Origin: Octopus sinensis | Lineage: Eukaryota | Length of the DNA stretch: 64,000 bases | Assembly (NCBI RefSeq): GCF_006345805.1 | Contig: NC_042998.1 | Span: 3,534,001-3,598,000 of the forward strand | Direction: 5' to 3' | Shown: one piece after another, positions 1 through 14,056 of the stretch | How the letters are laid out: each line of letters starts with the position of its first letter | How positions within the stretch are numbered: position 1 is the stretch's first letter | The notes under the pieces: model-generated | Told to the model about the DNA's origin: nothing | Databases searched by the model: none | Seen by the model: only the letters and a program-made list of their open reading frames with translations | Translations under genes and position numbers: made by a program

Positions 1-383
1 GATCGTCATATACACAGACACAAATGCAGTCAGAAACACACGTGTACATCACTCCCTCGTTCTCTCTCTCTCTCTCTCTCCTACTCACTTATCTGAAACA
101 ATTAGGGTCCCCCACTCACCTACACAGATGCTCTGTCCCTCCGCCCGCCAGACTGTTTTTTTTTTAATCTCTCACATTCTGTCATGCCACGCTTACCAAA
201 CATTGTCTCGGGTTACAAACGATGCTGTGCAAGAAACGCACGTGTATATGTGCGCATGTTTTTGAGCATCGTAGGTATGTATGTTATGGCAATCTATGTT
301 TCGTGTGTGTCTGGATACAATGGACATATGCGTCTCGTTATGCAATTTGCATGTATGTGTGCGTGGGTGTTTGTGTGTGTATG

Positions 384-432
<49 letters not shown>

Positions 433-555
433 GCGTGCGTACATGTGTGTGTATTCACTTTTTCGCTTTGCAGCCTCATTAGCAAGAAATGGTCATAATT
501 ATTGGGACTACTTCCATCGTGCGTGTGTGCGTGCGTGTATATATATATGCATATG

Positions 556-587
<32 letters not shown>

Positions 588-1301
588 CAGAGAGACAGAG
601 GGAGACAGAGACAGAGACAGAGAGACAGAGAGACAGAGGGAGAGAGAGAGAGAGAGGGAGAGAGAGAGGGAGAGGGGGATGCATACACACATATACACAG
701 ACCACACGTGTACTCACACGCATGTGCGAGTGTACATAAGTTTGTCTTTGTGCATTTGAATCCTAGTAAAATGCCATTTAGAGTGCAAGTAAGCATATGC
801 GCACGAGCGAGCGGATGTTAGAGTGTGCACGCGTGCGCATGTCTGTGATATGCACATATATATCAGATCAGCTTGTCTCCGTGTTTATGTCTATAACTCC
901 TTGAGGTGTAGTGACAAGTGACACTACAACAGGCTCTTTCTTTTAACATTGCTGTTGACAGCCAGTGAGATTTAGTAACGCTCAACTCTTCTGAAAACGA
1001 CTGAGCATACCCGAAATATTTTCTAGAGAGGTTCTTCACCAATTCCGTCAGTCTGGTCGCCCTTAACTATTGATCTCCTTCCTGGTTGCTCAACCTGCCG
1101 GCAATAGCCATTAGATTTTCCTCAAATCATACTTTTTCCTTTTAGATAAGTTACAGATTGTAATGTGCAATTTAGATTGTGCAATCTCAAACACAAAAGC
1201 TAGACGAGATTATTTGGATGTGTGGACTGACTCAGTCAGGGCTGATTTGAAGTTAAACAATAACAGTAATAATTGCTGATTGGATTACATTACTGATTTA
1301 A

Positions 1302-1821
1302 CCCTTTAGTAATCAGATTACTCTGTCAAATGTAATGCATATTTAATCACACTGAACCAATTAGGCATTATCTCGTAGCTTTGAGGTATTGATGAAGTGA
1401 TTATTTTCAACGAATTGTTGGATAGGTGTGAGAGAACAAGTCTGGGATCTTTACCTTTTGACCGACAGATTTAAAAAGTAATTTTTTGTAACTAAACACT
1501 TTCAAACTTCGGACACTGGTAGAATGTGTCATATAAATTTTATTCAGCTGAATACACATCATTGATTGGTTGAAATTACCGAAATACTACAACTTTAACG
1601 TGAAATACCTTCCTAAATATAAGCTTTTCTCAAAAAACGCTAAGAGTAAAAGATGTTTCTTATGACACATTCTACCAGTGTCCGAAGTTTGAAAGTGTTT
1701 AGTTACAAAAAAATTATTTTAAAAAATCTGTCAGTCAAAAAGGTAAAGATCTCAAGTCTGACCAGCTTGAACATAAAACAGCTATAATATTTTGACTCTT
1801 GCCAGTTTAAATGCCAAGAGG
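1302..1821. mobile_element. Older piggyBac-like (TTAA|CCC...) MITE interrupted by the 1445-1752 MITE
   Basis: Left end TTAA|CCCTTTAG; degenerate right end AAGAGG|TTGA. The host sequence resumes after the inner TSD. Confidence 0.5.
1445..1752. mobile_element. MITE with ~90-bp TIRs and 8-bp TSD (Merlin-like termini)
   Basis: Ends GGATC.../...GATCT, perfect TSD CAAGTCTG (1437-44 and 1753-60), and a ~50-bp perfect inverted core. Confidence 0.85.
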
Positions 1822-2731
1822 TTGAGGCAACGAACTAGCAGAATCGTTTGCACGTCGGACAAAATTCTTAGCGACATTTCTTTCGTCTGTTTTCGTTCAA
1901 ATCCCTTCAAGGTCCATTTTAATTCTTTTTATCCTTTCGTGGTTGATAAAATAAGTACCAGTTGAGTACTGGAGTCGATGTACCAGTACTTTCCAGTGAA
2001 TTTGCTGGCCCTCTGCCACAATTTGAGTTCATTATATTCCTACACTGTTGAAGGCGGCGAGCTGGCAGAATCGTTACCACACCGGAAAAATGCTTAGCAA
2101 CATTTCTTCTGGTCTTACGTTCTCAGTTCAAATACTGCCAGGATCGACTTTACTTTCATTGTTTCGGAGTTGGTAAAATAACTACGAGCCAAGTACGTTT
2201 TAACCACTTCTCCGAAATTGCTGGCTTTGTGCTAAAATTTGAAACCAATATTACGTTGTTGATAATGCTGTAGTGATGTTATATTATTGATAAGTATTGA
2301 TTTGTTATACGAGGTGGGTGCTGAAAAATTCCTGGTTTTAAGGGTGTCGCGAAAGGCCTTGTAAAAGATCCAACCTTCCGAGTTCTTTAACAGGGTTGAG
2401 AAAAACTAAAGGACCGCTGCAATAAGTGTGCGAATCTGAGAGAGGAACATGTTGAATAAAATATTAATTAACTGATCTTCCTGCATTTTCATTTACTCAA
2501 AGCTAGAAACTTTCCACCAACCCCTTATATTGCTAATAGCACTGTTATACTGTTGATAGCATAGTTTACTATGCTTTTTGGAAGTGATAGTCTGTTCTAT
2601 TGATAATATCTGGTTATTTTGTTGATAACATTGTTCTGCTATGTTTGTGATAGTGTTTTGTTTTTTGTTATGTTGTTAATCGTATTTCATTATTATGCAA
2701 TTAATAATGTTCTATTATACAGTCGATAGCA

Positions 2732-3035
2732 GAGGCGCAATGACCCAGTGGTTAGGGCAGCGGACTCGCGGTCGGAAGCTCGCGGTTTCGATTTCCAGAC
2801 CAGGTGTTGTGTGTGTTTATTGAGCGAAAACACCTAAAAGCTCCACGAGGCTCCGGCAGGGGGTCATGGCGACCCCTGTTGTACTCTTTCGCCACAACTT
2901 TCTCTTACTCTTTCTTCCGTTTTCTTGAGTAACGCTGCGATGGACTGGCGTTCCGTCCAGCTGGGGTGGGGCGACACATACATCATAGAAACCAAGAAAC
3001 CGGGCCCATGAGCCTGGCTAGACTTGAAAAGGGCG
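2732..3035 (+). mobile_element. tRNA-derived SINE (GAGGCGCAATGGCCCAGTGG head, body A)
   Basis: A/B-box-like head; body CTGCGATGGACTGGCG(T)CC(C)GTCCAG (V-SINE-like); end CTTGAAAAGGGCG. Confidence 0.8.
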
Positions 3036-3320
3036 ACAAGATACTGTCGATAATGTTTTTGTAATGTTGTTGATAGCGTTGGTTTGGTGTTGTCGCTTTA
3101 TGCTGTTGGTAGTACTTTACTGTGTTGCTGATAATACTGTTCTATTTTGTTGTTGTTTTATGTTGTCAACAGTGGTTTTTTTAACAGAACTGTAAATAGT
3201 AATGCTGTTGATAGTGTTATGTTTACGATAGACTTGTTTTGTAATATTGTTCATAGTATTGCTTTTTTATGTTGTTGAGAGCGTTGTTTTGTTATATGTT
3301 TTAATAGTGTTGTTTTAAGG

Positions 3321-3704
3321 GGAGGCGCAATGGCCCAGTGGTTAGGGCAGCGGACTCGCGGTCATAGGATCGCGGTTTTGATTCCCAGACCGGGCGTTGT
3401 GAGTGTTTATTGAGCGAAAACACCTAAAAGCTCCACGAGGCTCCGGCAGGGGATGGTGGTGATCCCTGCTGTACTCTTTCACCACAACTTTCTCTCACTC
3501 TTACTTCCTGTTTCTATTGTACCTGTATTTCAAGGGGCCGGCCTTGTCACTCTCTGTGTCACGCTGAATATTCCCGAGAACTACGTTAAGGGTGCACGTG
3601 TCTGTGGAGTGCTCAGCCACTTACACGTTAATTTCACGAGCAGGCTGTTCCGTTGATTCGGATCAACCGGAACCCTCATCGTCATAACCGACGGAGTGCT
3701 TCCA
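3321..3704 (+). mobile_element. tRNA-derived SINE, same head but different body (B)
   Basis: Same head as 2732, then the GCCTTGTCAC...GTCTGTGGAGTGCTCAGCCACTT...CGACGGAGTG body that is also found at 39470-39600 and 58055-58220. Confidence 0.8.
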
Positions 3705-3995
3705 CCAATAGTGTTGTTTTATAATGTCGATAGTGTCGTACTGTAACGTTGATAATATTGTTTTATGTTGTAGATAATGATGTTTTGCTACATCGTTTCG
3801 TTATGCTGTTGATAGTGTTATTTTATATTAATGATTATATAGGTGTTGATAGAAGCAACTGTTACCCACCCCCATGATTTCATTGTTATAATTTTGTATC
3901 ATGTTATTAACAGTCCCGATGTTATTTACGTAGTCTGATATTTATGTAGATTCTGATAACGGTTTTGTTGTTGTTGTTATTATTAGTGTTGTATA

Positions 3996-4225
3996 TTTTT
4001 CTTTACTACCCACAAGGGGCTAAACACAAACAAGGACAGATAAAGGGATCAAGTCTATTACATCAACCCCAGTGAGTAACAGGTACTTAATTACTTAATT
4101 TATCGACCCCGAAAGGATGAAAGGCAAAGTCGACCTCGACGGAATTTGAACTCGGAACGTAACGGCAAACGAAATACGGCTACGCATTTCGCCCGGCGTG
4201 CTAACGTTTCTGCCAGCTCGCCGCC
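3996..4225 (-). mobile_element. tRNA-derived SINE monomer (GGCGGCGAGCTGGCAG head, GCCTTTCATCC core, Tx1-like tail) with 19-bp TSD
   Basis: B-box GAGTTC(A/G)AATTCC. TSD TTATTATTAGTGTTGTATA at 3977-95 and 4226-44. Confidence 0.88.
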
Positions 4226-4966
4226 TTATTATTAGTGTTGTATAGCACATTTGATAGTGTTCTATTGTTATATTGATAGTGCTGTGTATTGTTTTTTAAT
4301 TGTACATTATTGTGATTATTGCTGTATTGTTTATGTAACTGTATGTTTATATAAATGACAGTGCTATAATATGTTAATAATTGTGAAAAATACGCTCTAA
4401 AATACCAAGTTAATGTGTTTTCTTTTTTTATTGATAATTAAGTTTTATTTAGAATGAAAAAATATAAGTAGTCAATACATTTCAGTAATTTAAATTATAT
4501 TTATTTACAAAAGGAAGGAACTATTAGATAAGGCGGTCCTAGATACGCAATGCCAGACTAAATGAGGGGATGCTCACAGCTTGAACACCATTCATTGTTA
4601 GCCTGGTCAACCAGGAATCACAGGAGGTTAATCAATGGCGGAAATGCACCAACATCTAATGAAGATAAAACCGTTTGAATATTAGACAAACGTTACGTCA
4701 TGCAATCTCTGACGATCTTTTTGTGGTAGCCATAACAACTGTAACATATTCATAACTGTATCTCAAAACAGAGTTTTCACTTTAGCTCAAAACAGTTGCA
4801 ACAGGCTACAAACACGAGTGCTCTTGCGTTAGAAGATTATTTTATCTTTTACTTGTTTCGGCCATTAAACTGCAGCCATGCTTATCCTTATTGTTTCGGC
4901 ATGGTACTTATTCTATCAGATTCTTTTGCCAAACTACTAAATTACAGGACGTAAACAAACCAACGT

Positions 4967-5298
4967 GGAAGCGCAATGGCCCAGTAGTTAGGGCAGCGGA
5001 TTCGCGGTCGGAGGATCGCGGCTTCGATTGCCAGACCGGGCGTTGTGTGTGTTTATTGAGCGAAAACATCTAAAGCTCCACGAGGCTCCGGCAGGGGGTG
5101 GGGGTGGCGACCCCTGTTGTACTCTTTCGCCCCAACTTTCTCTCACTCTTTCTTTCTGTTTCTTGAGTAACGCTGCGATGGACTGGCATCCCGTCCAACT
5201 GGGGGGGGGGGGAACACATACGCCATAGAAACCAGGAAACCAGGCCCATGAGCCAGGCTAGGCTTGAAAAGGGCGCAAAAAAAACAAAAAAAAAACAA
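4967..5298 (+). mobile_element. Body-A SINE nested in a minus-strand SINE of another family
   Basis: Head and body as at 2732, with an A-rich tail. The host sequence GACGTAAAC...TTGTCAAGCG is split around it. Confidence 0.8.
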
Positions 5299-6058
5299 AC
5301 ACCACTTGTCAAGCGATTGTCAGGACACAAAGATAGACATACATACACACACGCACACACACACACGACGAGCTTCTTTCAGCTTCCGTTTACCGAATCC
5401 ACTCGCAAGGCTTTGGTCAACTCCTCCGAATCCCCCACAAGGCTTTGGAGGACGGCACCACGTGGTTGGAAAGTAAACCAAGTGGCAACACAGTGGACTG
5501 AAACCGGCACCATGTGGTTGGGAAGTAAAACTTCTTACCACACAGCCACGCCTGCACCTGCGCTTATAATCACGCCAGCGTCTATAACCACGCCTGCGTC
5601 TACGTTGGTTTCATATCTGGACTAATGCAGCTGCTGTCTACATAAACATTTTAGATCGTATCATTTTCAAAAATGTCATCCAACGAACAGACAGAACTTC
5701 ATTTGTTCAGACGGTACAGCTACTATATTTTTTCTATTTAAAGTAATTTACAACTCGGTGACAACGTAAGGAAGTCTTTTGATCTTGCTTTCATTGGAAA
5801 GAACTTCTTCAGTTAGGAGTTTTGTACTTACCATTACTTATTTTCAATCTTTCAATCTACTCTTCTTGATTAAATTGACAAAGATTCGACAAAGCATCAT
5901 CTTCGCTCTTCACAAAGACCAGTCATTCAAATGTAGAGGTCACTTCATGGATATATTTTTGCATTTATGGTGATAAAATGCTGCATTAATGAATGGATAT
6001 TTCCAAAGAAACGTGTGTGTGTGTGTGTGTGTGTGTACGTATGTTTGTTTGTGCATAC

Positions 6059-6093
<35 letters not shown>

Positions 6094-6151
6094 TAAATGA
6101 GGGTGAAAAATCGATATTAATTTAATAATACCGTCAATTTAACACCAATAT

Positions 6152-6564
6152 ACTCTTTTACTCTTTTACTTGTTTCAGTCATTTGACTGTGGCCATGCTG
6201 GAGCACCGCCTTTAGTCGAGCAAATCGACCCCAGGACTTATTCCTTGTAAGCCTAGTACTTATTCTATCGGTCTCTTTTGCCGAACCGCTAACTTACGGG
6301 GACGTAAACACACCAGCATCGGTTGTCAAGCGATGCTGGGGGACAAACAGAGACACACAAACATATACACACATATATGTATATATAAGTATATACATAT
6401 ATACGACGGGCTTCTTTTAGTTTCTGTCTATCAAATCCATTCACAAGGCTTTGGTCGGCCCGAGGCTATAGTAGAAGACACTTGCCCAAGGTGCCATGCA
6501 GTGGGACTGAATCCGGAACCATGTGGTTCGTAAGCAAGTTACTTACCACACAGCCACTTCTACG

Positions 6565-6567
<3 letters not shown>
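6152..6567 (-). mobile_element. CORE-like tRNA SINE with internal microsatellite (GGAGTGGCTGTGTGGTAAG family)
   Basis: Head AGGCGTAG..GTGGCTGTGTGGTAAG, CACCTTGGGCAAGTGTCTT core, internal (TA/CA)n, tail (GTAAAAGA)n. Confidence 0.8.
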
Positions 6568-6612
<45 letters not shown>

Positions 6613-6962
6613 GTGTGTGGTGTGTGTGTGTGTGTGTGTGTGAATGCACATACGCATTCATATAATAACATTATACGCGCACTTACCTGCGCGTATAATG
6701 TATATATATATAGATAAATATATCCACACACACACACACACAAACACACATACACACACACACGCACACACATATATATATAAATATATATATAAACGGT
6801 GAACAAAAATAAGTCATTGGTCAGTTTTCCACTAATGAAATTATTAAATGAAATATGTGCAGGAAGTAATTGTTTCCATATTATACATTATTCCATGTAT
6901 CAATTTTTTCGGGCGTGAAATTTCATTTAATATTTCTTTACAACGTTGCTACCAAATTAATT

Positions 6963-7726
6963 CCATCCATCCATCCATCGATCCACCGATCCATCCAACC
7001 ATCCATTCATTCAGCCATCCATTCATTCATTCATTCATTCATCCATTCATTCAGCCATCCTTCTCGCCACTATTCTTGGGAGAGTCGTTGGAGTAGAGTC
7101 TTCAGGCACCTTCCTCCGTAGGATCCTATCAGAAGCAACCGTCATTGCACTTCCATTTGAAATATACCAAGCGTGCCAACTGAGACTATTGATATCACCC
7201 ATCACTCTCGTTCTTTGATCTCCTGCCGCTTGGCTCGGCTTGAAGAATCCATTTTACTAGTCTTTCCTGCGACATTCTAGTCACATGTCCCTACTACGAG
7301 AGCTGTGACCTCTCAATGCGGAGAAGTATCGGTTCGACCTGAAAGTACTTGATGATCTCCGAAGTACATGCCTTGTTGAATAACATAATTCCAGAGACAC
7401 TTCGAACAAACCCCATTTCGGTCACTTGCATTCTCGTACCTACTCTTTACTCTTTACTCAACATTCACGAGCATAGATGAAGAAAAGCACGGAAACTGAT
7501 CTAAAGCTACGAATTTGGCCTTTCCTTCAACCTCTCCTCTTCTTAGGATCGAATCCTGGCGGTGTCTCATTATTGTACAGGAGTCTGTAGTTTCAGCATC
7601 TAATTTATCCTCCTGCCTTCCATCACTCGTGAATACGGCTCCGAGAGACTTCAACCTCTCCACTTGTTTCTCTGATGTTCCACTAATATGCAGAGTGCAA
7701 AGAGATGGGTTTCTTGACACTTTCAA
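6963..7726 (-). mobile_element. RTE-clade (Rex3/Expander-like) LINE 3' fragment with (GGAT/GAAT)n tail
   Basis: Minus-strand translation QVERLKSLGAVFTSDGRQEDKLD...RRGEVEGKAK resembles the RTE RT C-terminus (QVEEFKYLGVLFTSEGR...). It runs into a (GGAT)n-like tail at 6963-7060. Confidence 0.75.
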
Positions 7727-8024
7727 ATTAATTTAAGAAGTTAAATGGCGTGGCATGACGTCAAATCAAATTTAAGGGACTTCAAGAGAAAGAAGAGCAA
7801 CCATTTCACCGCCACAAACACATATATAGCAAATATTTAATCAGGAGTATTTTAACACTATACACACGCTCATACGCCAACTCAAATTGACTCATCAAAC
7901 ATACATACGCATACAGTAACATACGTATACATGCATACCAGCGTGTATATGAAAAATTGCATAATACTACATACGATATATTTGGCAACATTGCTGTCTG
8001 TGATTAATATAACAGGCACAATCC

Positions 8025-8133
<109 letters not shown>

Positions 8134-8200
8134 CATATATATACACACGCGCACACGTAAGCGTTGTGTGTGAGTGTAAGTGCATGTGTGTTAAGGAAGT

Positions 8201-8597
8201 GTGTGTATGGCTGTGTGGTAAGAAGGTTGCTTCCCAACCACATGGTTCTGGGTTCAGTCCCACTGCTTAGCACTTCGGGTAAGTGTTTACTACTATAGGT
8301 GTGGGCCGACCAAAGCCTAGTGAGTGAATTTGGGAGGCGGAAACTGAAAGAAGTCTGACGTATATGTATGTATATCTATGTCTGCACGCGCGCGCGTCTT
8401 CGTGTCGCTGTTTGTCTCCCCACACCGCTTGACAACCGGTGTTGGTGTGTTTACGTCCTCGTAATTTGGCAAGAGTGGCCGATAGAATAAGTACTAGGTT
8501 TTTAAAAAATAAGTCCTGGGGTCGATTTGTTCGACTAAAAAAAAAACCCTCCAAGGCGGTACCACAGTATGGCTGCAGGCAAATGACTAAACCAAGA
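8201..8597 (+). mobile_element. GTGGCTGTGTGGTAAG-family SINE
   Basis: Same modules as 6152-6567, more diverged. Confidence 0.7.
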
Positions 8598-8632
8598 TAT
8601 ATATATATCATTTACCATTTACTTGGTTCATG

Positions 8633-8949
8633 TGAAGGCGCATGGCTTAGTGGTTAGATCGTCGAGCTTACATTACGATCGTGAGGTTGTGAGTTCGAAT
8701 CCCGGACCGGGCTGCATGTTGTGTTCTTGAGCAAGACACTTTATTTCAAGTTGCTCTTGTTCACTCAGCTCTAGAAATGAGGTGCGACGTCACGAGTGCC
8801 ATGCTGTATCTGTTGTTGCCTTTCCTTGGATAGCACTGGTGGCGTGGAGAGGAGAGGCCGGTATGCATGGCCGACTGCTGGTCTTGTGCCTGGGAGGGTA
8901 ACTTTCTAGTTGCAATCCCATGGTCAGTCATGACCGAAGGAGGTCTTGC
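8633..8949 (+). mobile_element. tRNA-head CORE SINE (GAAGGCGCATGGCTTAGTGG family)
   Basis: GAGTTCGAATCCC B-box, CTTGAGCAAGACACT core, flanking GGTTCATG direct repeat. Confidence 0.75.
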
Positions 8950-9651
8950 GGTTCATGCAGGGGCTCCGCCTTGAAGAATGTTAGCCAAACGAATCGACCC
9001 GAATATTTATTTTCTTTATCTTTACGCCTGGTGTTTATTCTATCGGTCATTTTTGCCGAACCGCTTCATTCCAAAATCTAGACAGAAACACAGTAAAGGA
9101 ACAAACGAAAAATTCACACACAAGACGGAACGTTGCTCATTTCTCGTCAGCTGTCGTTCAAAAGATTCTTACGATTTCACGCCTTTAATGAGAATATTGA
9201 TCACCTTTGGTGGTGTCAACAGCGAGAAGCTACTGGGAATTGCGATCGAACGCTGGAGACATTGACGAAAACAAACACGACACAATTGGGAATATACAAA
9301 CAAGATGAAATAAATATACAATATACAAACAAAAGAAGGCCGCGCGACTCTAAGACGAAAAGAATCTGTGTGTATACAAAATATACATACACATACAGAT
9401 ATATCGAGAATTAATGGGGGGGAGAGGGGGAGAGAAAGGGAGAGTGTGTGTGAGAGAGAGAAAGAGACAGAGAGATGGAAAGAGAAAGAGGGGATAGAAT
9501 AGAATAGTTACACCCTTTACTCTCTATCGAAAATGACGTTGTATTTGGCCCTCGTCAAGCGCAGATTCAGAGATGCTTTCAACACTACCCACCCCCGGGA
9601 CCAGTCAAATATTTTATACACACACACACACGCACATATATACACACACAC

Positions 9652-9718
<67 letters not shown>

Positions 9719-10105
9719 TGCGTGCCACGCTTATATATGGAAAAATCCACTCACACAAACACACATACACACGTAGAAAAATACTTAAGTAAACACAGAA
9801 ACATAATTACTGGGACAAGTTGTTCCTATTACATTAATTACGAGCTGAAATGTAAGCAGATGAAAGCTATTTAAGTGTCTGCACATAACCATCTACACAA
9901 ACGGATACGCGTGCATGTGTTTGTGTCCGTGCTGGGGCGCGTGTGTTTGTGTTGAGTTAAAAATCCGTCAATAAGTCTGCTCAAATAATTTAAATGTCTG
10001 CTTATGCATATGTATATTTATATGTATACATATATGCACACACATACACACACATGTATATATGTATGTGTGTGTATGTGTGTGTGTATAAATATATATA
10101 TATAT

Positions 10106-10268
10106 AGGCGTAGGAGTGGCTGTGTGGTAAGTAGCTTGCTCACGAGCCACATGGTTCCGGGTTCAGTCGTACTGCGTGGCACCTTGGGCAAGTGTCTTCT
10201 ACTATAGCCTCGAGTCGACCAAAGCCTTGTGAGTGGATTTGGTAGACGGAAACTGAAAGAAACCCATC

Positions 10269-10306
<38 letters not shown>

Positions 10307-10486
10307 ATGTGTGTGTGTGTGTATATATGTTTGTGTGTGTGTGCGCGTATATATGTTTGTGTGTCTGTGTTTGTCCCCCCAACATCGCTTGACAACCGAT
10401 GCCGGTGTGTTTACGTCCCCGTAACTTAGCGGTTCGGCAAAAGAGACCGATAGAATAAGTACTAGGCTTACAAAGAATAAGTCCTG
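10106..10486 (+). mobile_element. GTGGCTGTGTGGTAAG-family SINE, 3' truncated
   Basis: Head, core, internal (TA)(TG)n and CCGATAGAATAAGTACTAGG. Confidence 0.8.
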
Positions 10487-11464
10487 TCGGTAGCACGCCG
10501 GGCAAAATGCATAGCAAAATGCATAGTGGCATTTCGTCCTTCTTTATGTTCTGATCTCAAATTCCACCGAAGTCGACTTTACCTTTCATCCTTTCGGGGT
10601 CGATAATATAAGTACCAGCTGAGTACTGGGGCTCGATATAATCGATTAGCCCCCTTTCCCCAAGATTACTGGTATTGTGCCAAAATTTTGAAACCTACAT
10701 TAAATGTAAACACATGGTATAATAAACACACGCATGTGTGTATATATGCGTTTGTGCGCGTGTGTGCCTGTATGTGTACGTGTGTGAGTGTGCGTGATTG
10801 TGTGCACAGTACTAAACTAAACTTATAAATAATACACAAGTGTCGCAAAGGAAAATAGACTGCTTAATTGAGGATATTTTAATTTTAATGGTCAAACATT
10901 CAAATTGAAACGTTAATATCTAAACCGATCCCATTAACCTTGCTTACCATAAAAGGCAGCTACACATGCCAAGAACACTTCAAAGAGAATGCGAGACTGT
11001 AAAGGTAATAAAACGATAATGATGGATTTGAGTAGGATTATTTTTTTCTGTTTTTCTGTTTTAAAAAAACCTCAAAAGTTCTCATTCGAAAATATGATTA
11101 AAAAGAAATCTTGAAATCGATATTGATAAAACTAGGAAACAGTGGTGTTTTCACTCACTCACACACACATAAACACACACACATACACACACACTTACAT
11201 ACATATCTTTATGCATACATACATACATACATTTATACATACATACATACATACATACATACATACATACATACATACATACATACATACAGAAAGGATA
11301 ACTACGGACAACTGCTTCAAAACTTTTAGCTTTGATTCACACACACACACACGTACGCATGCATACATACACTTACATACATACATACATACTTTTATAT
11401 ATACATACAGAGAGAATAACTACGGACAACTGCTTCAAAACTTCTAACTTTAATTCACACACAC

Positions 11465-11564
<100 letters not shown>

Positions 11565-12057
11565 CAATAATTGGCACTCTTGATTTTGTGGATAAATGTC
11601 AAAGAGACAATCTGGATAAGCTTGGGTTTTCAGAAAAAAGATATCAACCAGTTAATTCGCACATTATAAAATATAGTCTGTAAGAGGAACTGTAGAAATA
11701 TGCAAGACTTTTCTAAAGTTTGAAATGTGAAATTGATTCTGCTATCTAAATTCCAACGACGAATCTTTGAATCTCTACTGGAAACCAACTCCTTCCTTAT
11801 TTCAAGTAATTAAAAATATAAAAGATCATACATACACACATGTGTGTAAGAGAGAGAGGGACAGAGAGACAGAGAGAGAGAGAGAGAGAGAGGTGGGGTG
11901 GGGGTGGGGTAGAGAAAGCATGAATGGGTGGGAAAAAGATAAAATGTAGGAAAACTGTCGTTAATGCTGGAACATGTGCTGTTAAAAGGAACGAATATAT
12001 TCAATGTCAGCTGTGTCTACCAACGTCACATGTTCTACACGTAATCATGTTTGCATT

Positions 12058-12292
12058 CGTATGTATGTATGTATGTATGTATGTATGTATGTATGTATGT
12101 ATGTTATGTATGTATGTATGTATGTATGTATGTATGTATGTATGTATGTATGTATGTATGTATGTATGTATGTTTGTATGTATGTATGTATGTATGTATG
12201 TATGTATGTATGTATGTATGTATGTATGTATGTATGTATGTATGTATTGTATGTATGTATGTATGTATGTATGTATGTATGTATGTATGTAT
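12058..12292. repeat. (TATG)n microsatellite
   Basis: Near-perfect run of ~235 bp. It represents dozens of (TA)n, (CA)n, (GA)n, (TACA)n and (TCTA)n tracts in the window. Confidence 0.95.
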
Positions 12293-12339
12293 GAGTGTAT
12301 ATATATATATGCAATATATTATCTATTTATGTATTTAGC

Positions 12340-12373
<34 letters not shown>

Positions 12374-12870
12374 CGTGTGTGTGTGTGTGGATACATACGT
12401 ACATGGATATTTATGTAAACATTTCTGTACGCACACACACACATACACACACACACAAACACACACATCTGTGGAGCACGATGCTTATTGTCATAGAGTG
12501 TGCTACCGTGGGGGACCTACGATTCTGACATAAGTATTGCGCAAAAATAAACAAAGACCCTTCAGGCTACTTCTCTACGCGACATGATTACAACTTGAGT
12601 TGATGTTTTGTTTCTTTGTGTTTATTATTAGATTATTAGGTTTGAAGACAAATAATGTCAAGATGCTTTCGTGAGACTTCAAAGGCGGATTCATTGTAAA
12701 GAAAATCTGCCACAGGCGCGGGGACAGTTGGGTGGTTAAGAAGTTTGCTTTGCAGCGACATGGTTGTGGTTTCAGTCCCACTGCACAGCACCTTGAGCAG
12801 GTATCTTCTATATGCATATATATTGTGTATGTATGTATGTAGTATGTATGTATGTATGTATGTATGTATG

Positions 12871-12924
<54 letters not shown>

Positions 12925-13128
12925 CACACATCATACATACATGCATATATATCATACATACAAGCATTTCTTTTCTACTATAGGCACTTAATTTATCGAC
13001 CTCGAAAGAATGAAAGGTAAAGTCGACCTCGGCAGAATTTGAACTCAGAGCGTACAAACATATATACATGCATATATACATTGCACGTACATACATGCAT
13101 GCATACGTAGGTAGGTAGATATAGAAAA

Positions 13129-13193
<65 letters not shown>

Positions 13194-14056
13194 AGCCTGA
13201 AGTTTCCAAAGTGCAAAGCAAACTGACTCGCATCCTCCAAATTCAATCAATTAGTGGTACAATCTTGTTTTAGACGAAGATGTCAAAATTTGGGAGCATA
13301 TATCAAAATATCAGCAACATTAACAAGTGCCTAGAGCTAGTTAGGTCTACCTCAGAAATTATAAGGATAAAACTTGGTTTAAATAATTATTCTTTTAAGA
13401 TTTTAGAAATATGAGAGCAAACTACACGCTAGTCTAGCAACACATCCATCAGTTGCTTAACCTTTCCTTAGTTATTCGCCAAGAAATGCAACATCCACGC
13501 AGGGATGTGTCATCAACTCATGATGATACTTAATTAGAGAAAGCCGTGTATAGTTACAATCATGACTGGGTGTTTAAGAAGTTGACTTCGTGAGTCACGA
13601 GGTTTTGAGTTCAGTCTCACTGCATGGCACCTTGGGCAAATGTCTTCTACTATAGCCCCGGGTTGTTCACTGCCTTGTGAGTGAATTTGACTGGCAAGAT
13701 CTGTGTGGGGGCCTGTCGTGTGTGTGTGTGTGTGAGATAGAGAGAGTCTGTGTGTTTGTACCTTTCACCGCATGTTAACCAGTGTTGATTTGTTTACATC
13801 CCTGCCACACAGCGGTTCGGCAAATGAAATAAGTTCTAGATTTATTTATAAAATAAGTTAAGTATACTTGAATCGGGTTTTTCTTTTCCGACTGAACTCT
13901 TCAAAGCAGTGCCCCAGCATGGCCACAGTCCAACGACTAAAACAAGGAAAAGAGTAAAAGAGTAACTAAGAAAAATTATCGCACGATAAAACAAAATACT
14001 GTCATCCAAAGCTCTCTGCATGTTGTATGTATCATATATATTGGATTGTAACACTG

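Noticed and set aside
184-821. Cluster of overlapping ORFs (CVCV, THTH, SLSL, ERER)
   Set aside because: Translations of (GT)n/(GA)n microsatellites. The same applies to most ORFs in the track (YIYI, MYVC, SIYL).
2250-4340. Recurrent GTTGATAG/GTTGATAA motif
   Set aside because: Decayed low-complexity tandem repeat with no fixed period or coding signal.
8633-8710. tRNA-like sequences (also 2732, 3321, 34426, 38365)
   Set aside because: They are SINE heads: degenerate cloverleaf continuing directly into SINE bodies.
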